The notes beneath the pieces were generated by a model that worked only from the letters and a program-made list of their open reading frames with translations, did no database searches and was not told the DNA's origin. Of a stretch of 64,000 nt of DNA, positions 26,056 through 35,272 are shown piece after piece. The translations under genes were made by a program, and so were the position numbers. Source of the stretch: Adineta vaga (taxonomy: Eukaryota > Animalia > Rotifera). The DNA lies in assembly GCA_021613535.1 (NCBI GenBank), contig CP075495.1:7750001-7814000 (forward strand). The letters run 5' to 3'. How positions within the stretch are numbered: position 1 is the first letter of the stretch; every line of letters begins with the position of its first letter.

Positions 26056-27095
26056 TTCCTATTGGTAGCATAGTGGTAATTTCGACAGTCAAGTATCACA
26101 AGTGAAGAACATATGAAACGAAATCAAATGAAACCGTACCATTGATATTTTGATTTTCTTGAACGCTCATTCTATACTGTAATAGATTGGTCTCTCAGCA
26201 GTAGGGTTTTGTGTGATGTAGAATGAAGTATGTAGTAGTTAAATACCATCTGAAAGTAAATTCTTCGCACAATTACATTTCAAACAGCTATGTGAAGTAA
26301 TACCATATCTATATAGCAATATGCAGCGGGAAAGGGTGAAAGTAACTTTGATTCTTTCTTTTAGGATTTGCTACTAACCAATAGTTTCATTTTGTAATCA
26401 ATCAAAGAATATTTTTATAAAAATGTACCTCGAGTTTCATTACTTAGCTGACTTCTTACAGGCAATGCTATTTCACGCGTCTGGAGAAACTGCTCGTTCG
26501 ATTTCATATTATCGGACAAACATTTTTTAAACGCTCAATGTAATCGCATGTGCTGGATTAATATAATTTCACAGAGAGCCTTAATGATTAGAAGAGAAAA
26601 AGCACATCGGATGTCGTACAATGAATTATTCCAACTTTTTCTCTTTGTTCGATTTCTCCTCAAACAGTAATATCATGAATGCACGTCTATTCAAAGTATT
26701 CAATATGACTCATGTTTTATACTTTCCCTATCTCTTTTCTTCTATCATTAATAATATTCCTATTCATATCAAAGGAATATGTCATTACCATAAAATATCA
26801 TTCATGACTCATGTGTTTTTACTAGTTTTCTCTCATATTTCTAAGTAGTTATCTTATCCATAAGCATCTCAAGTCAAGATACTTACAAACATTAATCAAA
26901 TAAATACTACTATCTGCTTTGGATAATATTAAAGAAGTCCTATGCATAATATTTGTTTTGTTCATTGCACTTGCATTTTCATTATTCCATATCACCATCG
27001 CACAAATAGACACAATTCCATCGATCGATTTATTTACTCTCTTTCTAAAAACTTGAAAAAAATCACAAATAAATAAAAATACTACATTCATTTCT

Positions 27096-28198
27096 TCATG
27101 CTTTTGCCGATCCCATTGCTCCAATCAGTTCTTTCAATATTCCCATCAATGCAACAAAATCTCGAAATTGAAGAACACCATCATGATCTGTATCCACCAT
27201 CTCGAACAATGCTTTTGCAACATATTTACTTACAAAATTAAGTCCCATTTCTTCTAGCATTATCTCAATATCTTCCACTGTTATCTTTCGATCATTGTTT
27301 TTGTCCAATACTTTCCACTACAAATAAAATGACACAGATGCAAAATGTGAAGCATAAGAATAAGTCAACAGATACTCACAAGAAAATACATTTGTTTCAC
27401 ATTTCCAAACCTTCCACTTTTCACTTGGACGTTTCCTGTTGATGATGATGATGATGATGATGATGGCTTGGCTTGAGTGGAAACATCATAGCCATGTTGT
27501 GAAAGAACTTGTTGAGCTGCATTGAGATAAGTATTGAGTCGACCTTTTGCTGTGTTTGCTTTGGTAAGCGGTTCATGAAGATTGTCAGGAACGAGACGCT
27601 GAAGCCAGTTGTCAAGTGAAGTAGGTGGTGGTTGTTCGGTGAGATTTTTGGACCAATCAGTGAGCCAAGTGGACAGATTGCCTGATAGAGCATCATTAGT
27701 AATGGTTGTATCAGGTATGACATTAGTATTGATTTCATTCGACGAATGAAGACCGATGGGAGTCATATGTTGCATCCAACTGTTGACATCGGTTGGAATA
27801 TTTCGTTTTGGTAGTTGTTCTTGTTGTTGCAGTAACGTTTGTTGAGCAACACCATCTACTTGCGGTCGTATTCGTTTAATCCAATTTTGAATATCTTCAG
27901 GAGTATTTTCTTTTCTTTGTTTTTCCTGTTCTTTTAGTACCGATAGTTGATTAGAGTTGCTAAGGTTAGGTCGAAAACCACTAATCCATTGTTGAATTTC
28001 AGCTGGTGGAATGATTTGTTCAGTGTTCTCTATTGTTTCACCGCCAGAAAGTTGAAACTCTTCAATGATCAATTCTTCTGTTTCATGATGAAAATTCTTT
28101 ACATATTCTTGAACATCAGTGATACCTGCCTTTGCCAACATATGAATAAGTGCACCATTGTTAATATCTGTTTGAGTTAGATTTTCTAACTTTTCCAT
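27096..28198 (-). CDS. EF-hand protein paralog B (346 aa)
   Basis: Exons 28198-27380 and 27317-27096; EF-hand exon encodes the same protein as paralog A; ~40-aa insertion carrying an extra PEDIQNWI repeat. Confidence 0.85.
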
Positions 28199-28522
28199 TG
28201 TTTATTGATGATCGATAGATACTAAGAAAATTGTCTTAAAAAGAAATGTGAAGATGTGTTTCTTTTATACTTTAAAATAACGCAAATGTATTTATCATTC
28301 TACTTTCTAACGTCACGAAGAAACGAAAACAAAAGAGTGCACTACAACTCCTACATAAGTATTACTGATGAGTCATACATTTTAGCGATACTACATATAC
28401 TATATTTTATTTATTATTCAAAGCAGTAACTAAAGATAAGAAAAAGAAAACTACTGTGTGATTAGATATTGTAAATATGATCAGGAGAGCGCTACGAATG
28501 TTTATTTTTTTAGTTCGAAGAT

Positions 28523-29322
28523 TTATTGCTGAGCACCACCAAATTCGCCAGAAAGTTTGTTTAAAATAGTAACTAATGCCATAAGATCAGTGAAATCAAG
28601 TGTACCGTTATGGTTTTTATCAACTGCTTGAAATAAAGCTCGTGCTAAATCTAAACACAAAGAATTCAATATGATAAGAACAGATTGTCAAATGAATACT
28701 AACATGGTGAAACAAAACCAAGTCCTGTTTCTTTCAGATAGATTTCTATATCTTCAACAGTTATTTTTCCATCTCCATTTTTGTCAAATTGTTTGTACAA
28801 AGCATACATCTTTTGAGCATTTTGATACGTTGATCCTTGAAGAGAAAAACATGCACGCGATATAGTGTTTGTTTTTGTAATCATTTTTTTATTGCATACC
28901 GATATTATCAAGAAAATTGCCACCACCACCACCACCGCTGCCACTTTGATCACCGGAAAACATTTTATAAGCTTTCATTGCACCTTGTACCATATCAAGA
29001 GAATTATTATCACCGCTCCTACCACCAGAAAACTAAATGAAAAATCGAACAGAATGTTAAACTTAAAGTTAAAGATTATATCTGTTTATTTATTTACTTG
29101 ATTTAACATTGAACTTCCCATAGAAAATAGATTTGCTTGTTGACCCGATGCATGACGAACTGATGAGTCTTCATCAAAATCACCATCATTATGACTTTGA
29201 GCAGACGCTTCGTTACGAAATTGTTGTACAAACGAACCAACATCATCGATTCCTACTTGTTCGAGCATATTATTTAACATGCCTTTTTGTAATTGTTCAC
29301 GACCGAAATTAAATAAATTCAT
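28523..29322 (-). CDS. EF-hand protein paralog C, Gly-rich middle region (4 exons)
   Basis: MNLFNFGREQLQKGMLNNMLEQVGIDDVGSFVQQF..|FSGGRSGDNNSLDMVQGAMKAYKMFSGDQSGSGGGGGGNFLDNI|GSTYQNAQKMYALYKQFDKNGDGKITVEDIEIYLKETGLGFVSP|xLARALFQAVDKNHNGTLDFTDLMALVTILNKLSGEFGGAQQ*; aligns with A/B at both ends. Confidence 0.85.
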
Positions 29323-29760
29323 CGTATTTTATTTTTATCTAAAAAATACGATATATTGAAACTGAATAATATGCAATGAAGGAGAAGGAAAACGAGCCGA
29401 GAAACAACAAACGATCTATCTGAATGTTTTGCATGTTGTTAGAACACGTGCGTTGAATGATTATTTTTTCGCATTACGTTTCTACAATGAATAATAACAA
29501 ACAAATACTTTTCTCGAAATAAAATGACTCGATATTACGACTGACATATATCGATTACTAATGCACACCTGTCAGATTTCAATGTATACTTTACAATAAG
29601 ATGCTGTCTTTCTTTCTGTTCTTTACTCTAGAAGCGTATGAAAAACGAGAGAGAAATTTTAAAATTTATTTCTTGGTTGACAGATACAATGAATGAAAGA
29701 GAATTCTGCGATACAAATGCATTTAGATAATATATTTATCATCCGATTCTATTGTTTTTT

Positions 29761-30021
29761 TTAGTTCAAAATCGATTTTGGAGGAGTAAGCATTGCTTTT
29801 AATGCTTTTTTCGCTATGCCGTGACATAAGATAAAAGCCAGGCCCATAGTCTGAATATCTTTTGAGTTCACATCTAGAAATAAAGATACTCAACGAGAAA
29901 CAATGTCACAGTATGACTTACAAGCGATACATTCTTGTTCTGTAACAGTTCCAGAACCAAATGAAGCACTATGTATCAATAGAAGACAAGAGAGAAGTAT
30001 CAAAATATTGAATAGTTTCAT
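29761..30021 (-). CDS. Secreted C-x18-C peptide 2 (70 aa precursor)
   Basis: Exons 30021-29922 and 29873-29761: MKLFNILILLSCLLLIHSA-SFGSGTVTEQECIAY|VNSKDIQTMGLAFILCHGIAKKALKAMLTPPKSILN*. Confidence 0.8.
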
Positions 30022-31471
30022 GATTGAAGATTCTAAAATGAAAGAAATGGTGATTTTATTTCTAGTATACAGGCTGTATATACATATATATATATACAAT
30101 GAATGACTATGTATAGGAATTAAAATATGATGAAGAAGACCTTTTAGTTGGAAATTTCGTGCTTGAGTGAAGAAATTTGAATCTGTATAAATATTATATC
30201 GTATGAATAGGTTAATTACTTCTGAGTCCTAATTCAAAGGTACGTATTAAATTTCATTCTGAAAACAGAAAATTTTGGAGTATTTGAAGTAGTTGGAGAA
30301 ATGGGAGAGAAAATAATTATCTCAGTTTGAGAAATATTCACACTAAAACAGATCTAACAAAACTGTTTCTTCTATAAATATCAAAGTTTAAATGTCTGAT
30401 AATTATTCATGGGGAAACGTAGAGAATATAGTGGGAAAATATAAATAAAACATATTGCATTGTAAAATATTATTTACAAGTTCTTTTTTCCATAACGATA
30501 TCTAATCAGGTAAACAGAGATACGGTTACAAGAAAGTATTCGGTTGAAAAGGTTGAGATTACTAAAAATAAATTTTGTTTTCTTGACTTTCCCATATGTA
30601 TATCAATGTATTGAGTTCATTTGTAAATCAATCTCAGTGAGATATTCCCATCAAATTATCATTCATACCTTATGATCTGGATTTTTTTTGTGGAAACTGC
30701 CAACACAGACTTCCGTACTAAAATCGAAGTATGTTTCATTGGATTGTTGTATTGATTTGTTTCAATCCAATTGTAGGGACGAAGAGATCAGTTTCGTCAT
30801 GCTTCAATGCAATTTATGATATTTTCGAAAAACACGTTCTTTCAATGAGAAGTTGTTGTTTTCGGCCACTTCTATCATTGGACATCTACTTATCCTATGA
30901 GAAGAAGCGCAGATGTGTAAGAAGATAGTTGATGAAGTGAAGATTGAAGTACAATTACAAAAATACGAATCTCGACACAATAGTTCTAATCAATCTATTT
31001 TCATGATAGATTCGATGACATTTTCAAATCAATGAACGTCTTCTGTGCTATATGAACTTATCTATACTTATTACAAAATTCAATCAATTTTAATATTCAA
31101 AAATTTCCTTTAAAATGATATGTTCTCATATTTAATAATCTTTCGAAGACACTTGACCATCCTTGTTCATGCTTTAAACAAGTCCATTTACTTTTATCTT
31201 GGCTTCTTGCCAGTTTATCGAAGTGTATTATAACGGAAGAATAAGAAGAGAAAAGAAATGAGGTTGTTTGACATTGAGACATGTTTTCATTACTATTTTG
31301 TTAATTAGTTTATCATAACTGTTTTTCTTTTGGATTTTACATCATTCAACGAATATTTATTTTTCCTTCGAACGATATAAGATTACAAAAGAAACGACTT
31401 GTTTTCGGTATATTAAGTAACATAATCTAACCTACGAATGTGAAATTTTGAGTAGTTTTGTTTTTTTCATT

Positions 31472-31804
31472 TTACCAAAAGACATAAAAATCATCGAGTT
31501 CTTCATCAGCATATTCTTCTTCGAGTACAGATCGTTTGGCGATTGAAGATTTCATTGTTCTAGTGCTTGGTCGCCACTTTTTTGGGCATTCAAAAAATGC
31601 TCGTATTCGTTGATTAATGTCATCCGATTTCAAATCTAATAATAAACAAATAGACATTACCAATTAGAGGATCTAAATTAGGTTTCTATCAGTGTACTAA
31701 CAAGCTTTACATTCACGTTCGCTTAATGTTTCCATTATTGGTAAACTATGAATAGTCACTACGATCAAGACCAACAGAACAAACAATTCCAAACGAATCG
31801 ACAT
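31472..31804 (-). CDS. Secreted C-x18-C peptide 3 (88 aa precursor) with KR site and acidic C-terminal piece
   Basis: Exons 31804-31702 and 31635-31472: MSIRLELFVLLVLIVVTIHS-LPIMETLSERECKAY|LKSDDINQRIRAFFECPKKWRPSTRTMKSSIA-KR-SVLEEEYADEELDDFYVFW*. Confidence 0.85.
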
Positions 31805-32877
31805 TATAATTTTGTATGTATAGATTAGATCAAAATAATGAGAAGTATTTGAATGTTACTCACGATAGTTCGTATTGTTGCTGAGCTATCTGATGTAGTG
31901 ACTTGTATATATAGGATTACTGTATTATTTATATTCTACGTTAAAGCAAAGCGAGAACGCATTGTTGAAGTGCCATTGTTTTCAATAGAATATGTGAGAA
32001 ATATACTGCGAAGAAAGAAATATGTGCGTATAAGAGATAGAAATTGAAAAGAAAAAAGAACTAACTGTTCGTTGTCTAAAAATACTATTTTCCCATTAGA
32101 ATTCAATGTGTGGAAATGAAAAAAGCCGAAGGGAATTTTTCAAATGTTTTTTGAAAACAATTCATTTCTTTTAATGCTTTTTTGTTTTCGACGAAGAATA
32201 CTGATAAAATATATTACTGAGAGATACTATTTAGTTTATTCACTGATATTAACTCGTCTGATTGAAAGAAAGCACGAATTGAAATGAACATTGTATTTTC
32301 TTCTAACAATAGGAACGAATCAATCATTCTTAGGTCTGCTCGGTTAGTTTTTGGTACATATAGTTATCAGTTATAGATCAGAACAAACAACAGATACACG
32401 AAAAATAGTTCACATTCTATAAGTATTCAGTGCAACTGACAAAAAGAGATATCGATGATTTTCACAAGATCGTAAAAGTTTGAAACTCAAAACATCTTTG
32501 TTAATAACAATGAATTTCAAAAGTTAACGAATTCTCAAGCCTTTCACTACAATATTGGATTTTGTAGCATAAGAAGACAAGTATCTTACGATTACTATAA
32601 ATAAATGCATAAGACATTCTTTCATCTATCAGTAGTCGAATGAAACATTTCATACTTCCTTCCATTATTACGCAGTACTTGAAAACGGCACATATTTTAG
32701 CTAGTAACCACTCTGGTATTTGTCTCACATTGTTCTATCTTTCATTTATGCATATATCATCACCTGAAATGACCGAGAATAAAATTTCTATTTAGTATCG
32801 ATATTTTATTTGAATTTCAGTTTAGTCATGTAAGATACAATATTCAAAAGACAGATAAATCTTATACATAAACATAT

Positions 32878-33211
32878 TCATTGAAAACCTGAATGATTTC
32901 TGAGAGAGTGGAATTTTCCATTGGAATAAGGAAGTGATTCTTTTATTCGACGAATATATCGCTTTTTTGTTTTGATTCGCCATTTTTTTGGACAACTAAA
33001 GATTGCTTGTAATTTTTGGTTCAAATCATTCGATGCAAAATCTAATATAAAATAAACAACCAAAGTTCATCAATTCAAATTGAAGAATATGTTTTTTGAA
33101 ATACTCACAAGTTTTACATTCATTTTCTGTTAATGGACTGATATAGTTTGAACTATGAAGAGGAGCAATTAATAGAGTAAAAATAATTAAAAGATAAAAT
33201 TTTGAATACAT
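32878..33211 (-). CDS. Secreted C-x18-C peptide 4 (88 aa precursor) with strongly basic tail
   Basis: Exons 33211-33109 and 33041-32878: MYSKFYLLIIFTLLIAPLHS-SNYISPLTENECKTY|FASNDLNQKLQAIFSCPKKWRIKTKKRYIRRIKESLPYSNGKFHSLRNHSGFQ*. Confidence 0.85.
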
Positions 33212-34313
33212 GTTAACTTCTGAAACAGAAAGGAAATATCTAATGTGTATTCAGGCATGACATCAAAACATCTTCGACTATCTATCTCTTTGCTAAAGAA
33301 CAGATATGTGATGAGAAAAGAATAACGTAACTTAAACTATGTCTATTTGAGATGAAAAGAACATCCGTATTTATATTAATACATATAATCATAAGCACGA
33401 TAGGGCGTTTGTTTTCCGTCGTAAAAATGAGCTATATGAAAAACGATACAATATAGAGAACTCATTAAAGAAAAATGTGGCTTTCCTCCTACACAAAACT
33501 TTTTTCGACGTAAATGATGTCATGCTTTTACAACGTCTTTTCCTTTTTATTTATCGCGTCGAAGTCATTGTGACTGTTTATGATATGAAATAAATTGAAC
33601 TACAACTGAGATGTTTCATTATACAATTCTTTCCTTTTTGTGTCGTAGAAAAAAGAAATAAATTGAAGAATCATTTCTGTTTCTTTGTCAACGTAATAAC
33701 ACTTTTTCTTGTGGTGTTGTGAATAAATTTCTACGCAAAACTAAATGTGATAATCGGAATAATGCCAACTGAATTGCAGACATGTTTTTGATCAATCTCA
33801 AGAACAAAATGTCTGTATTTACAAGGTCACATGTACAAGCAACGGTTTAACTATCTTTAATTACTGAAAACTTTTAATTAGAAAATAAGTTTCAACTCGA
33901 ACGATAAGTTCTAGCTCAGAAAATTTCATTCATTCTTATCTCTGGAACATGTTTAATGAGTTTGAAGTGTAATGAGTACATATGTACATTTTTCTTTCGA
34001 TTTGAAAATCAAGACAATGTTTCAAATTACAGTATAAATATATGATAGGACCTTATCAATGTACGTCGTAAATTTTATATTTACTTCTATGACTTCATTC
34101 ATAATTAAAGGTATATTTTAAATGCACTTTTAAAAATAAGCGTTTGTATGTATCTACAACAACTTGCGCCATCCATCTGTTAGTTATACACACTGGTTTT
34201 TTCGATTCACCTATTGGAAGTCGAAGATGACGAATGAATGAAAGAAAGAAAAAAAGTTATTTGATTTGATGAGATTTTGCAAAATATCGATTTATCGTGT
34301 AATCTAACAAACA

Positions 34314-35183
34314 ATGAACGAAGTAATTTGATGAATCGAATCGAAAATGATTTTGTTTATTTCTCAATTTAGGAAGAACGTGAAGTACTCAAATCGATCT
34401 ATGAATCCGATACGAATTTTTCTGTTGTCAATGATAATACTTTTCAATACAAAGTGAGCTAGGAATGTAGGTTTGATTGAAATCAAACCAAACGTTATCC
34501 CATATATCTCTTTTTCTTTCAAATTTATTAAGAATATAATCGATAATGATCGTTTTTATATGGTTGAAATTCATTGGCCAGATAATTATCCAGATGTAAT
34601 TCCTGTTATTAATCTTGATCTATTTAGTAATCGTTTGTTGTAAGTTTTATTATTTATTAATTAATTCATCGTATAGATTCTTATGTTATATTTGTGTTCT
34701 TTAGAACAAATGAATTCAAAACTAAACTCAAAGAGAAACTAACAGCAGATGTAGGATTTTAAAATCTTGATCAATTATGTAATTTACAAAAAATATCTGT
34801 TTAGGCGAATGAACAATTAGGTATGCCAATGACATATACGTTGTTTGAAAGCGTAAAAGATTTCTCTTTCGATGGTGATATGTTTCTAAACAGTTTGGTA
34901 ACTATGCTGTTTTCTTTAAATATTTCTAAAAGTTTCTATCATACATTTCATTTTTGAGGTATCTAATGCATTTGCAGCATTACCATCATCAACGACGGCT
35001 ACTACAGCTGTGAATCCTACTTCAATTGCATCAACTGTGAAAAAGGAACAACTAACTAAATCACAAAAACGTCGTCAATGGAATCATCGAACTGGCGGCG
35101 ATGATGGACAGAAAGCTCGTGGTCATGATTGGGTAGATATTATTCGACATTTATCTCAGTCAGGAAATAAAATTGAAACTTAA
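34314..35183 (+). CDS. RWDD4: RWD domain-containing protein 4 (6 exons)
   Basis: Not in ORF track. Spliced MNE|EEREVLKSIYESDTNF..FQYK|..VEIHWPDNYPDVIPVINLD..|..|ANEQLGMPMTYTLFESVKD..|..KKEQLTKSQKRRQW..RGHDWVDIIRHLSQSG; both ends are RWDD4 signatures. Confidence 0.9.
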
Positions 35184-35272
35184 ATGTTTTCATTTCATTT
35201 TATTTAATAAAAACAACAAGTTAATATTCATTTTCTTTATTTTCACACAGAACAATAATATACTACAGTAAT

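Larger units (their letters stand above)
23249..27819 (-). repeat. Near-identical ~820-bp direct repeat pair (23249-24072 and 26984-27819)
   Basis: Both copies start attccatatcaccatc and end ttggtagttgtt; they cover 3'UTR, exon 2, intron (2 differences in 62 bp) and the 3' part of exon 1 of EF-hand paralogs A and B. Confidence 0.92.

Noticed and set aside
26052-26120. tRNA-like A-box (ggtagcatagtggtaa)
   Set aside because: No T-loop GTTCRA or closing acceptor stem downstream; cannot be folded as a cloverleaf by eye.
23686-27738. Poly-His ORFs 23686-23991 and 27421-27738
   Set aside because: Alternative frames of the poly-Ser (tca)n tract within the EF-hand genes.
30515-30900. Possible Tc1/mariner relic (gaaagtattcgg end-like sequence; ctggattttttttgtgg resembling LDFFLW)
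   Set aside because: Needs a frameshift, has no matching inverted repeat and no DDE ORF; too short to support without a RepeatMasker/tBLASTn hit.
30731-32728. Short ORFs 30731-30928, 31097-31282, 31853-32047 and 32501-32728 as further peptide-family members
   Set aside because: No signal peptide + ExEC..Y|..C-x18 pattern and no matching intron.
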